Shown one piece after another: positions 40,199 to 54,123 of a DNA stretch of 64,000 bases. Numbering within the stretch: the stretch's first letter is position 1; the number at the start of each line of letters is the position of its first letter. This DNA comes from Eledone cirrhosa (lineage: Eukaryota): assembly GCA_964016885.1 (NCBI GenBank), contig OZ024742.1:112220001-112284000 (forward strand), in the 5' to 3' direction. Under the pieces are notes generated by a model. The model was not told where the DNA came from, ran no database searches, and saw only the letters and a program-made list of their open reading frames with translations. A program made the position numbers and the translations under genes.

Positions 40199-41789
40199 CA
40201 GTGGCTGATTGGGTCTAAAAATATTGGTTGCCAGAACTTGAGGGAGGCCCATCTACATACAGAATGCTATGCTTTTGTAGCTGTCTCGGCGGCCTAGTTG
40301 ATGGAATCATAGACGGTGGTAATCCTGGTCTGAAGTTCGATCATGATCGGGTGTAGTGTTCCAGGTAAAACCATTCACTTTTTTCCTATGGAATATAAAA
40401 TAAAAACTGAAGAAGATTACATGTGCCTCTTGAACCAAATTGAACCCAAGGTCTCCACTGTCTCTAGTACCTACCACTGGACCATTGAGACAACAATGTA
40501 TATCTTATGAAAATTCATAATTATAAACCTACTTTCAAAATTTTCAAAACAAATTCATGTGGTGTCGTTGATGACATTCTTAATGTTATTACTCCTATTT
40601 ACGGTTGACTTCTAAATCATTTGGGTGTTACATAAACTACATGCTCGCTTTCTTTCCCATCTATCGAGACTCTATTTAACCTGTAATCTATGTTTCATTT
40701 CTGTTGCACCTCACCCCCATCACCCCTACCTCTCTATCTTTCCCCCTGTGATATTTGAATCTACTATGATTTCGGATTAATTTATTCAAATTATAGGTTT
40801 TTGAAGGTCAGATTGAAAGTTACAATGGTTGGCATTATATATATATACATTATCTGTTTGTTACAATAATCAACTTAAATTAATTCAACAATTAAACACA
40901 CATAGGAATAATAAGGTTGATGCTGAAGAGCCAGAAGATTGACAAGTCGACCCTAAATATGACTAATAGCTCTTGGAAAGCCATGAACGACACCACATAT
41001 TTTAAATTTTGATTTTGAAAGTAGGTTTATAATAATTAATTTTCATTATACTTTTGTAGCTGTTTCGGCGATCTAGTGGAAGGAGTCATAGAGGGTTGTG
41101 ATCCTGGTCTGAAGTTCGATTCTGGTCGGGAGTAGGGTACGCGGCAAACATTTTCAATTTTTTTTCTATGGGATGTAAAATAAAAAAAAACTGAAAGAGT
41201 TTACACGTACCTCTTGAACAGGATTGAACCCAAGGATAGGATCTCCACTGTCTCTAGTACCTACCGCTAGTCCACTGAGACCACTACGAAAATCTTATGA
41301 AAATTCATACTTATAAACCTACTTTAAACATTTTCAAAACAAAAGAATGATGTGTCGTTGATATCTTTCTTAATGTTATTACTCCTACTTAAGGTCAACT
41401 TCTGAATCATTTGGGTGTTCCATAAACTACATCCTCGTTTTTTTTCTCATCGATCTAGAATATATTAAGCTGTAATCCATGTTCCATTTCTGTTGCACCC
41501 CCAACCCCAAAGCTCGTCACTGTTTGCAGCTATTTCCACTATCATATATTTTGGTTTCTATTCATTCACTGGGGAATTGGTCGACCAAATACTTTGCTTA
41601 ATTGTTTTATTTATTTATTTTTTAATTATTCTTTCTCTTAGATTTCATGTATTTTTTTAAGCAAGGCATTGGCCCCTAAAATACTACAGTGGGCCCTGCA
41701 ATGCTACTGTGGGCTCTTGCAATGCTACCGTGGCACCCTAGGCCCCACTTGCCATTGGGCAACCTGACAACTTGGCCTGTCCACCACTG
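40199..41789. mobile_element. Non-autonomous hAT-type DNA transposon
   Basis: Termini CAGTGG.. / ..CCACTG; 8-bp TSD CTCACATA at 40191-40198 and 41790-41797; internal duplication 40272-40735 vs 41051-41505. Confidence 0.8.
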
Positions 41790-43618
41790 CTCACATACGT
41801 AGAAACAATAGAAAAATGTCACATACACACAGACACACACACAAAGTCATATTCAAACATAAACACACACACACACACTAAACTACACACTCACATACAT
41901 AGAAACAATATATAAAACATCAGCTACACGCACGTGCGTGTAGACACACTCAAACACACTCATTCGACAGACAGCTGAAAATACATACACACAATCGACA
42001 ACAATCACATACATAGAAACAGGAATCATCAAAATATAACATTAGTTGCTATTAATATGCTAGTCAAAACGGGCGTTAACGGATATATTTATGTATAACA
42101 CGCGTATTAGTTCCATTGGGAATTGTTTTATGAAATATTTTCTGTTTGTAGTATTGACTTTAAATTATTACTTAAACATTTAGAAAAATGATATATTTTG
42201 AATTTCCTGTTACAGCAATTTTCCAAATGTTTATTAGGATTTCACTTTCGGTTTTCGAATCTGTAGTTTATGTTCTCTGGGCCATTCACGTAAGGTGTTA
42301 CTGTTGCGATTATATAATTATGTTCCTAGCCGAGTTAGATAATACACATTTGGAATATAGCACATATGAATTTTTTTGTCGTACATGTCTTCATTTATTT
42401 TAAAGGAATATCTGTTTATCAATTTCATCTCAGAACCAGTAAACAAATAGTTACATATGTCATAGTGCCTGTTCTTTGTAATCGTTTTCTCCCTGGTTTA
42501 TATTGTGTGACTAATGCATGCCTGTAGAGTTGAAACTCTGGTGAAATGTTTTTACATTGCCTATGAGAGTGTCCAAAATATAAAGCAATCATTCTGAATA
42601 TGCCTCCACGTCCCAGGAACATATTATTAAATTTTGGCGTGTGTGTATGTGTTTGTGGGGGGTTCAAGTCGTTTCTACTTCGTTTTATTGTTTTTCTCAT
42701 AACGATTCGGGTATATCATACAAAAGAGCTATAGTCATTCATATTTGCTTATCTATCCAAAGTAACATGTGTTTTTATATTAAGTGTAAGGCTTTGATGA
42801 AGAACAAGGAAAATCCATACATGATGATTACATGCAGAAAAAAGAAATAATTACGAGCTGAGAATCATGGCGCCTGGATACAGAATTATATCTTCTAAAA
42901 TCACAAATGCGATATGAAAATTATGAAAATCAAAACACCAAAATAATAGAAACTGCTATGGCTACTGACATTTCTCAACGAAGTAATGATAAATTATAGG
43001 AAAATGGACATAAGATACAAAATGTGAGTACAATTACAGTTACCTTTGGGAAAGAAAGCAATAGTTATTTGGAAAATAACAAATATGAACAAATCTATAG
43101 AGAGATGTCCACAATAATATCAAACCGCAAAGTAAAAGGAGATTCGCATACCATTCATCCTAAAACATATGCAGACAAAATCCAAATTGAAACCAATTAC
43201 TCCGGGTTATCAACACTCAGAATTTCCACAACCAACAACACAAAACTCACGTTAAATGAAATAATAACTTACCTGGAAAATAGACGAGTGTTAAATAGAC
43301 AAAAAGTGGACATAGTACAAAGTGTGGATCACCTCGAAAATCCTGGACCCTAATAAATGATGGCAAAATCTAGATTATAAAAGAAACTAACGTAATTATG
43401 CCAGCCAAAGACAAAGGAAAATGAAATGAAAAACGGACAGTTCCATCTCCTCAGACAACCTATGGAACCACATTTTCGAAGCTATAAATTTGATACCTTT
43501 CAACCCTCTGATCATATGGACGCAAAAAATACAATTAGATACTACTGTAGAATGAGCACATCTTCGGTGGCGAATAACACAATTGAAGAAGAAAAACAGA
43601 AAAATGTTACAAAACAAA

Positions 43619-43753
<135 letters not shown>

Positions 43754-43782
43754 GTTATGTAATAAACAGCATGAGATAATTA

Positions 43783-43842
43783 TTTCATTTACCAGTGGTT
43801 TCTTGAAAGCAACAAAAATTGGTTTCATTCATCAGAATGAAA
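43783..43842 (-). ncRNA. Type I hammerhead, family G
   Basis: TTTCATT-CTGATGA-A TGAAA..TTTCA A-GAAA-CCACTGG-TA-AATGAAA; within a repeat 43752-43915 homologous to 4660-4802. Confidence 0.75.
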
Positions 43843-44097
43843 AACCCTGGTGGATTTATTGACAGTGGATATGAAAAACAAAAATATAACAGATATGAAA
43901 GTTAGGCTGGAGGAAAAAAATATGGGGGGATAACAAATAAGAATATATAACAACACACACGTCAACACACACACGGACACACGCACACACACTCACATAT
44001 ACACACATATATACATATATACATATATACATACATATATACACGCATATATACACATATATAGACATAGACACATATACACACACATATACCACAA

Positions 44098-44145
<48 letters not shown>

Positions 44146-44164
44146 ATACATAAACACACCAACA

Positions 44165-44261
<97 letters not shown>

Positions 44262-44460
44262 CTTTATATGTAATAATCTCCGTTAGGTTGAGATACAATT
44301 CTGGCTGTATTGGGCTGCGCTTTCTACCAAAAAGCCTACCAGCCGTAAGCAACTAATCACATCCTTTCTAACTTGACCGCTGCCACGTCACGATTCTTAG
44401 CCATTTTTGAATGTATTCTTGGTGCGATCACTTTGTAAAATTAATTGTCTAAATTTGAGC

Positions 44461-44540
44461 TAACTCCTGAAGAATCCGAAGCTCTAGATTTCCAATGTTA
44501 TCGGATATCTTAAAATGCGGACGAAACCATGGTAGAGGTA
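44461..44540 (+). ncRNA. Type I hammerhead, single-copy family
   Basis: TAACTC-CTGAAGA-A TCCG...CGGA C-GAAA-CCATGG-TA-GAGGTA; palindromic stem III; lies in a ~570-bp segment between (TA)n tracts. Confidence 0.75.
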
Positions 44541-44859
44541 ACTAAATATGTACACTTTTCTTCTAGTATATTTTACACCTAATTCTGTTTAGTTGACTGT
44601 ATATCTGGTCGATTTATACACGCTGTCGAAATACTCGATAAATACTCCGTTGCAACCGCCGAGAAGGGCTGCTTTCGGTTATTTGTCGGAGATTTCTTCA
44701 TAGGAGCCTTTATTCTTATAGCTTGGTCTATTTGATTTTTATGTGGTTAATTATGCTAATTGGGAGAGGAAACGAAATATATTTATTAGTTCTTCATTGA
44801 GCCACAAAGCGACCCGTTGCAAAACACATATATATCTATGATTTATATATATATGTAAA

Positions 44860-44909
<50 letters not shown>

Positions 44910-45126
44910 CACAAAAAGGATAAATAATCATAGTAGGTCGTCACATATAAATAAGCAAATAAAAAATAAGGATTCAGAAATTAAAAAAATATAAAAAATA
45001 TTGTTAAGCTGACAGCAATAGAAGACGGCAAAAAAATTTAAAATAGAAATAAAAATAATGAAAATAATAATAATAATAATAATATTGAATGTCCAAACGC
45101 ACGTGGTAAGCAAATGCAAAAAAAAA

Positions 45127-45269
<143 letters not shown>

Positions 45270-45579
45270 TTCCATACACACACACACATATATATACATA
45301 TACACACACACGTAAACACACACATATACGCATACATATAAATATACAATCACACACCATACATATAAACACAGAAATTTCGTATTTCTAAAGAAATACG
45401 CTTTTAGGGAAGCCATAGCTATGCAAACACTGGCGCTCACGCCTTCTGATGGTGTCCAGCATATGAGCCAACTAATGCAGCTTCATATGCAAATGAAATT
45501 AATCACCTCCTTTACACAGACGAGACAACTATATATTCTTGTCCGTTTTCAAGTCTAGCAGTAGCAAGCGTAGGGAGGG

Positions 45580-45623
45580 ACCGTCCTGACGATGGCCAGT
45601 TATGCCTGAAATGCAAAGACGGT
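45580..45623 (+). ncRNA. Minimal hammerhead, probably inactivated (U16.1 to A)
   Basis: ACCGTC-CTGACGA-T GGC(CAGTTAT)GCC T-GAAA-TGCA-AA-GACGGT; host segment ~45372-45712 has ~30-bp inverted ends. Confidence 0.65.
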
Positions 45624-45715
45624 TGTCCCCCTTGCTTCGGCGTTCGCTCCCCCGGTGGTTGCTTAGCTACGTCTTCTTAAACCGTATTTCTTTAGAAATA
45701 CGAAATTTCTCTCTC

Positions 45716-45771
<56 letters not shown>

Positions 45772-45782
45772 GGAGGTGAGTC

Positions 45783-45846
<64 letters not shown>

Positions 45847-45852
45847 AAAATA

Positions 45853-47241
45853 TTCAAGACACCACGGCAGGGCTCAGGCCAGAAATAGCCGTCGAAATGG
45901 CTTGAACTCTGCCGTCGGTGTCCTGAAGATTTTCCTTTACCCACTCTACTACCCAAAGTATTGGGTACTCTGGTGCGTTATGGTCCGCCTGATACCTTAC
46001 CACACCTCCTTCGTTATAAGACTTAGCTTCTACCTTCAATGAGTTACGAATTAGGATAACAGTAACTACCAACCTCTCTAGCGTAGATTGCTTAGACATT
46101 AATTTAGATCTTCGCACACACACACACATACCCTTCCATAAGCTAAACGAAAAACTCAATTACATTCACAAGGACTCTTGCCACCCTCCCACTGTTTTTA
46201 GAAAAAATATCACTACTAGAATCTCAAATTTGTCCTCTAATAAGGGTATATTTGACAGGGCTGCACCCTACTATAACACGGCGTTAGCTAACAGCGGCTT
46301 CTCGCAACCTATCACTTACTCTACCACTGTCAACAACAGCAATAAGAAAAGAAAGCGTAACAATAAACACACTATCTGGTTCTCTCCTCAATTCTCATCA
46401 ACGTTAAAACCAATGTAGGCAAAACATTTCTAGCCTTCTTAGATAGACACTTTCCCATAGGTCATAAATACCGCTCCATCTTTAACAGAAACGAAGTAAA
46501 ACTAGGATACTCCTGCGCTAAGAACATGAAGGCCCACATCACCAGCAGCCCTAGGAGCAACACCCCACTGTAAGCCCGAAGCTTGTCCCCTTCAACAGCA
46601 ATGCAACACACCCGCTGTAATTTATGAAGCTGTGGTCACTTCCAACCGACCAAATCAACCACAGGAGGTCAAATCCTATTTGGGTATGGCGGAGGGCTGA
46701 TTTAAGGAACGTTTCCTGAACCACCAGTCGACCTGTATGTACCCGGACAGACGTTCATCCACAAAACATGCGAGCCACGTATGGCCCCTCAAGGACTCAA
46801 GTATAAACTACTCCATCCAATGGAAAGCCATCACCAAGTCCAAACCATACACAAGGGGAAATCCGTCGTGTGGACTATGTATTGATGAACGAATAAATAT
46901 TCTAAAGAGATTATGCAATAATGATTGCCTAAACCCGAGGAACGATTATTCACACGTTGTTCACAAGGCCTGAAACACCTCTTGCATAACTACAAATCTC
47001 CGGATTGAATTACAGTAACATCATAATTTTCTTATCAACTAGAAACTTTTGGGACTTTCGCAGTTCTCTCCCTTAAACCTCTCGCACGCATTTTAGTATT
47101 GCCTGTGTGAAGTGAGCGGTTTCCGCGCATGCGCGTTCGTACGGTTGTCATTCATGTTCAGTATAACCATGTCCATTACGAGCTGAGGATCCGCTAAGGA
47201 GAAACAATTGTTCTCGGTATGGTGAACTAATGTTGTGTAAC

Positions 47242-47245
<4 letters not shown>
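45853..47245 (+). mobile_element. Naiad-type PLE, truncated (RT C-terminus/thumb + GIY-YIG + 3' HHR)
   Basis: VDCLDINLDL..YIHKDSCHPP..IFDRAAPYYNTALANSGF..IWFSPQFS..CPLQQQC..VIYEA..YLG..FKER..HVW..CGLCIDE..CLNPRN; frameshifts and a stop. Confidence 0.88.
47179..47216 (+). ncRNA. Canonical minimal type I hammerhead of the Naiad 3' end
   Basis: CGAG-CTGAGGA-TCC(GCTAA)GGA-GAAA-CAATTG-TT-CTCG; stem I extends CCAT/ATGG. Confidence 0.88.
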
Positions 47246-47332
<87 letters not shown>

Positions 47333-47334
<2 letters not shown>

Positions 47335-48050
47335 GTCTCAGCGCATGTTCACTTCTTATCCTAGGTAGTCGTATTCCTCCACCTCCTCTATTTCATCACC
47401 GCCAACCACCATTCGATCTGTTGGTATGTTGTCGGACCGCATGAACTTCGTTTTCATGCAGTTCATCTTGAGGCCTACTGCACATTTTTGATGTCGAATT
47501 CCGTCAGCATGGTCTGAAGCTGATCCGTGGTTTTAGCGATGAGTACGATGTCATTAGCGAAACGGGGGTGGGTAAGTATCTCGCCGTTGATGTTGACACC
47601 GCCTTGCCAGTCAATGACTCTAATGATCTGCTCGAGACATGCGGTGAAAAGTTTTGGAGAGATCGTATCTCCTTGCTTAACTCCCTTCTCGACCGGCACT
47701 CGTACGGGTGATGTCAGCAGAGCTATGTCGGTGGTGCATCCTGAATTCGCCTCCCTGAGCAGTTGAACGTATTGCGCCTCGACCTCTTGCCTCTGCAGCG
47801 AATTCAAGACTGCATTGCTTTCGACGTTGTAGAAGGCCTCCTTGTAGTCTACAAACGCGACGCAAAGAGGCATATTGTACTCTTTCGCTCGCTCAAGCAG
47901 TTGCGTCAGAGTAAATATGTGGTCCATCGTACGGTAGTTCTTCCGGAAGCCGGCTTGCTCCCTCGGTTGCTGTTCGTCCAGATGATGTTTTAACCTGTTC
48001 AGGATTATCTTCGTGAACAGCTTGTACACGTGAGACAGCAGGCATACATA
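47333..48050 (-). pseudogene. RTE-like reverse transcriptase fragment
   Basis: CLLSHVYKLF..QPREQAGFR..DHIF..FVDYKEAF..GVKQGDTISPKLF..RFANDIVL..YDYLG. Confidence 0.9.
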
Positions 48051-48818
48051 TGGGTCGGTAGGTCTATTTCCCAACCTATACAACGAACATGAACCCACCA
48101 TATATTTTATGTATTTTTGAGTATGTGTGTACCATTGTGCATGTATTTCCATTCATTTACGTAAAAAGAAAATATTGCTAACATTAAAAATGTATTGAGG
48201 TCAATACGACTGAACGCTTACTAGTGATTGGCTGTTCGTTTATACCAACAATGCTTTCTAGATTGACTACATGGCAGTTAAATGAGATCACTCATATATA
48301 TGATACCACTAAGCCATTTCGACAATTTGTAATATAGAAAGTTAATACATGCAGACTGAAATATCTTATACTATATGTGAAGGGATTCCATGAAGAGGAA
48401 ATTCAAAATATTTCTGGGGACTGAGATATAATTAGTCATTACAAGCAGAACAACATCTCAATAACAATATGAAAATCAATCATTAAAGACCTCAAGACAA
48501 TAATTGCTTGAAACGAAACTTGCTACACATTTGTGTTTCTTCAATAACATCAATAATTTAGCGAGAACTGCAATCGAAAACGGGGAGCTAGTATCCAAGA
48601 TCCCTGATACTTTTACCCAAATTCACTGTTACTACTCTATACATTCCTATTGTAAAATTAACAGGATCACTCATTTAATATCAGTTAGGCTGTAGCTGCT
48701 ACTCATAGGCACGCACATTCTAGTCATAATCGACATCTATTTGAGCCACTAATCTAAGGGATTTAACTTTGTACCAATAACGTTGTATTACCTTCATCAA
48801 AATACGATGGATACTCAC

Positions 48819-48905
48819 ATCATCAGTAATGCAAAACTCGTACTCATTCTCCAAATTCTTTCTCTCAGGGTTTGTAATTGTTGGCACTCCTCCCCCACGC
48901 GGCAT
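48819..48905 (-). CDS. Candidate first coding exon (MPRGGGVPTITNPERKNLENEYEFCITDD)
   Basis: ATG with in-frame upstream stop, 29 codons, GTGAGT donor at 48818-48813; CCAAT (48962) and CRE-like TTACGTCA (~48999) upstream; repeat-poor region. Confidence 0.25.
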
Positions 48906-50408
48906 GTTCCTTTACATGAATCTTCACTAACTCAAGCATGAAGCCATCAGCATTTACCCGACCAATCAGAGCAAGACATACACTTCTTTACTCCCCCATT
49001 ACGTCAACGTAATTCTCCGTGTGCAGATCTAAGAAACAACAATCACATGAATCAGAAATGTAAACAGTCCTAAATGCAATGCAAGTGTTTACGATTGAAA
49101 GATAAAATGTAGACTTAACATCCTTACAGTGTTCAGAAAATCAGAAACATTGCAATATTGACCATTTTAAGAAAATACATTACAGGTGAGTGAATCATGG
49201 TTAACACGTTGCGAAAAATACCCGCGAGCTTTCCATCGAATGATATGCTAGCATTTAAAGATTGGATGATTTAGAAATCACAGTTGAAGATAAAATATTG
49301 GTATTAAAAACAGGATAGCCATATTGTAATTTACCATAGGTATATTTCAAGGAGGAATAGTGTGAGGCTATCCAAAACTGATTTCTTTATTGGCCTCTAA
49401 AACAATAACAGCATGATAAAGGGATTCAATATCATATCCACACTGATGTGTGTACGGTTGGTTATTTTGTTAGCTTTCATGCCACAAACAGTATATGTAT
49501 ATTGGATATCGTTTAACAATTTAACATCAAAAGTAAATAAAATGCAACGCACGATGCAATTCTTTTATAGAGAAAATAACCAGACTGGTTTGTAAAAATA
49601 TTAATAATAGTACTATAACAGGCATGTTAAAGATCAAAGTAAGTGAAATATTGACGGCTAAACAATGCTTATTAAATTGCGTCACCATTATTATTAATAT
49701 GACGACAGTTATTCAATGTTTTATATTATGCATTACATGTCCTTGCATAAATCCTGAACATAATTGAATTTGAAATGTTTACATATTGCTCGCTGTTGTT
49801 TAAACAGTTCCTGAAATAATCAGACACCAGAAACATTCCATCAAAGCGTCAGTTTATCATCAATAATCCATCACTGTAACATTTTCTAATTATATGTTGA
49901 AAAGGAAATGTAGACACACAATGCTTTTAATTAGTAGCGGCACATTACTTTAAAGTAACGTTATCGGGTGTGAATAAATAAAGGAAAATGACATATAATG
50001 TGTACTAATATACGCACTATATTTTACGTTAGTGTGAATCTAATTGGTAAAGTATTCTTTTCAAAAAGTAAGTAAAAGTTATTTAAATTTGTGGTTTTTA
50101 ATTAATTGCTCGTTATATTCATAATGAAAAATGAAACATTTAGATTATACGGGCGTATTTAACTAATGTTTAACTACAAACTATTTATAAAATGTCTGAA
50201 AACATAACCATAGCTGTTGTGTTACGAAGCCGCGGGAAGAATGGTCTAATTCCATCAACCAACACGGATAATGTAATATTTATTAAACATTTCGCGCATG
50301 TAAAAAGATAATTCATACTTGCAATGTTGTAGGAAATGCGTACCTTGAACATGTGATAAAGAAATTAGTATTCACCGTACACATATAATAGCTATGTATA
50401 TATGTATG

Positions 50409-50473
<65 letters not shown>

Positions 50474-52018
50474 AAAAATATATATATATATATATACAGT
50501 ATATATATATTATTTTGAGTATGAAATCCGAAGCTCATTCCCCAGGAACACATTTACATACATACTTACTCACGCACAGCCACATATATGCACACAACCA
50601 CACACATACACCCCCCACAGACATATATATATATATATATAACGAAGGAAATGTGGTAAGGAACCAGGTGGACCATAACGCACCTAAGTACTCAATACTT
50701 AGGGTAGTAGAGTGGGTAATAGGAACGAGTAGGACCCCGACGGCTGAGCTCAAGCCGTTTCGACGGTTAATTCTGGTCTAAATGAAAATGTTTATCCTGG
50801 TATTAGAATAGCCGAGCTTCTCAGGGGCTAATTCCATATATGGGGAAAAGTGATTGTCACAAGTATTGGTCAAAAGTTTGTTGTTGAGACATAATAATTC
50901 TATCATGGCTATTTGTGGAGGGAAGGGGTAGCTGAACCTGCCAGTAGAATAAAGAGGGAGAGGGGGTGGAAGAAACCCAGTCATGCGTTGATAGTGCCAT
51001 CTACAGCTGGGCAGGAGGTCAAATAATATACTAGGGAGGGGGAGAGGGAGGTAGTCGAAACAATAAGTGAAACACTATGGGGTAAATATATAGAAAAGTA
51101 CCGAGAGTGTTAAAAAACATTTAAATGTAAAAAAAAAACAAAAAAAAAACAATTTCTGGTTACTATAACCTAAGGACAGCTATCAAGTCTCTCACTGGTA
51201 CTGCTAGACTAAAGAAAGGGTTACTAGGTGGGACGGAATTATAATGAGACCCTTTTAAGAGGTATAAGTAAACAACCGAATATATCTTAGGGTGACGGGT
51301 CAACAAGTGGGGGGCCAAAATACTAAAGAAACTACCACTAAATAATAATTCAGAGTCCTGAGACCAGTACGAAATAAAGGTTTCTACCCCAGGCACAAGG
51401 CCAGCAACCACCCAGTGCAAACAAAAAAAAACTAATACGAAACAATAATTCAGAATCCCGAAAAAGAATACTAATACTATCTCTAAGGGTGCCGCCACGA
51501 TACAAAAATTCTAGTGCAAACTACATAAATGCTCGTACGAAGTATATGTAAAATTTGATACGTAAAATTAATTCCGACCCCCCCCCCCAAAAAAAAAAAA
51601 GTAAATAAATAAATAAATACTTATATACGAGAAATTAAAGCAAAGATACCACTAAGAAGTATAGAAAGCACGAAAAAGGGGCAGCCATCGGATAAGAAGA
51701 CAACTATCCGGGGTCTAACACATCTGCTATAAAAAGCGGAGTCGGCCAAATCTATCATAATATAGGGGAAGGGGTGGGGATACTGAGGCTACAAAGGACC
51801 GAGGGGCTGCCTCGGGAGGGCGAGAAAGTAATAGGACGACGACAAAGAAAGAGGACTGGAGTGGAAGGACTAGGGAGGGATGGGGGAAGAAGGAAATATA
51901 GAGGAAGCGATAAAAAGATATAAAAGATCTTACGTCTAACTATGCAAGCAGGGGTTGCCCATTACAAAATCGACAAGTGGGGTGTTATAGCCCTAGTCTA
52001 CCCCCCCCCCCCGTGTCA

Positions 52019-54123
52019 TTATGGGGTTTGAGGGCGAGGCAATCTGTGTTTACATGCAGTTACAAGTCCTTCTTTCTTGTTTAGGAGTTGGTCCGTCGAA
52101 AACAGCATTTGTAAAGTTTCCTCCGAGCATAAATTGCACGGACGGTGCCCTCCCGTGTAAGAGTTGGCTCTGGACAGTAAGCTCCAAGTGAAGTCATAGG
52201 TAATATTGTTATTCTTGAGGTCCCATATGTGGCCCGAAAGTGTAGTGGCGTGACGCCGGGCCGGGTTTCGGAAGGTATGTCTGTGTTGGTATAGCCGGGT
52301 CTTGAAGTCACATGCGGTTAATCCTATATAAGCTTTGTTGGAGGTGTCCGTCCTCACGTTGCACTGGTAGATCACATTACGATCTCTGCTGTCGAGGGGG
52401 AAATGGATCCATCAGGACAGTTGCACCTCCTGGTTGGCTCTCCACTGCTATTTAGGTTATTTCTTCCATAGGGGTTGAGTTTTTTGTTGTTAGAGGAGAC
52501 GATGTTTTGTGCAAAGTTTGGTGTAGTGCTGTAGGAGAGTTTGATGGTATTTTTGTTAATTATCTTTTCGTAGTGGAGTTGTAGTGGGAAGTGTTTTTCA
52601 ATGAGCCTAAAGACGATTGTCCCGATAGGAGTTGTCACCTCGGCGTTGTGGGGAGGATTGAACCATGTTGCGTGAGCGGCGGTGTCGCCTGCTGGTTCCG
52701 CTAATGGAAGCTGGACAGTAGGATATTTCCTCCCGGAAACCACTCCGCTTGAGGGCCTGGTTGTAATAAGGCGCATGTTCCTCGAATATCTGCTCATTAG
52801 CTGATAAACGAGATATGCGGAGGGAGATGTTTATAACCAGGTGATTGGTGATGTTCGTAGGATGGTTCGACCGGCGGTGGATGTAGTGCAGGTTGTCGTT
52901 AGGTTTCCTGTATGGGTAGTACAGATCATTATCGAGGTCGAGGGTGACCTTCAGGAAGTTTACTCGGGTCAGGGACGTTTGTAGGGTTATTTTAAATCCC
53001 CAGTCGCGGAAGAAGCTGATTAATTGTTTACGGACCCGATCTGTACTACTGGGGTTGTACCCTTTAAGGGTAAGGAGCCCATTATCACGGTACAATCCAC
53101 CGCCGAATGCAGGAAACATATCGGTGAGTTTGCCTATTAGGAATAATCCTATAAGATCTGTGACCTCAGCCGAATCCATCGCACCCATGCTGACGTCGAA
53201 GGATGAGTCGGGGGCTCTCTTTATCCATTTGGAGTTGTCGAACAGTAAGACTGGCGTGGAGGATGATGTTTCTTTCCTGGTCGGTGATGGGCACAAGTGT
53301 TTCGGCGAAGTCCAGGGCAGCCGTAAGTAGCGGTAAGGTAATTCAAGCATAGTAACTCTCTATGTCAAACTGGATGAATTTAGTGTCTCGTTTTTCCTCC
53401 ATATTGCTGAACCATGATATTACTTCCTGGGTGTTGATCCATAGGCTAAGTCTGGCGTGTTTCTTAACTTTTGGTATAACGCGGTCAAGGATTATTTTGC
53501 TGATTTTCCCTATGTCGGACATCGTTAGGTTTATAAGCCTGATAGAAGGTTTACGGTCGAAATCGGATTTGTTGTCCTTCAGTTTGAAGTAGGGTGTCCG
53601 TGGGTCTAGGGGTTCCGTGCGGTCGGCGACCCCGAGGCTGGAGGTAATGTGTTGTCCATCTCGATTTATGTCCTCGATGCATGAATGGTTAACCTTTTTA
53701 TAGGTGGAGTTTAGGCTGCTCCTGATCAGTGTGTGGTATCTGTCGAGGTTGACAAAGTAGAGGTTACCAGTTTTATCCAAGTGCACCATGGTGTTGTTGG
53801 TGTTATCATACACTGTTAAGTTGCTACGGAGTTTTTGTAGGAATCGGTTGTGTCTGGATTTGAATTTAATGTTCTTGACCAGTTGGAAAAGGTCATTCTC
53901 GAAGGGTGACAGCATAAGGTTCGCAGGGGGAGATTTGTAGGTAATAAATCCGAATCTCTCCTTGGTACCGAAGTTCTGATTGTCGCAATATCTGTCGTAG
54001 AATAAAGTTCTCCATCTAAGTCTTTTCGCATAGATCGATTTTTTGCGTGGGCATCCGAAGGTAAAGTTTTTTCGGTGGGACCGGGATGTTCTTGGTAGAG
54101 AAGTCGATGTTGTGTTTTCGCAT
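52019..54123 (-). pseudogene. Naiad PLE ORF (RT + GIY-YIG with CxxC/CxH zinc ligands), frameshifted
   Basis: FSTKNIP..RLRWR..FENDL..LDKTGNLY..QFDIESYY..FDVSMGAMDSAEV..GLYRDNGL (catalytic DD to DN)..WFNPP..CNC..IYQC..YIGLT..CNLCSEE..LLNKK..CKH. Confidence 0.92.

Noticed and set aside
46698-46700. In-frame TGA in Naiad GIY-YIG (YLGMAEG*FKER) as selenocysteine, since some Naiads are selenoproteins
   Set aside because: Aligns to a non-Cys position (D in the other Naiad), the element is otherwise decayed, and I could not see a convincing SECIS downstream.
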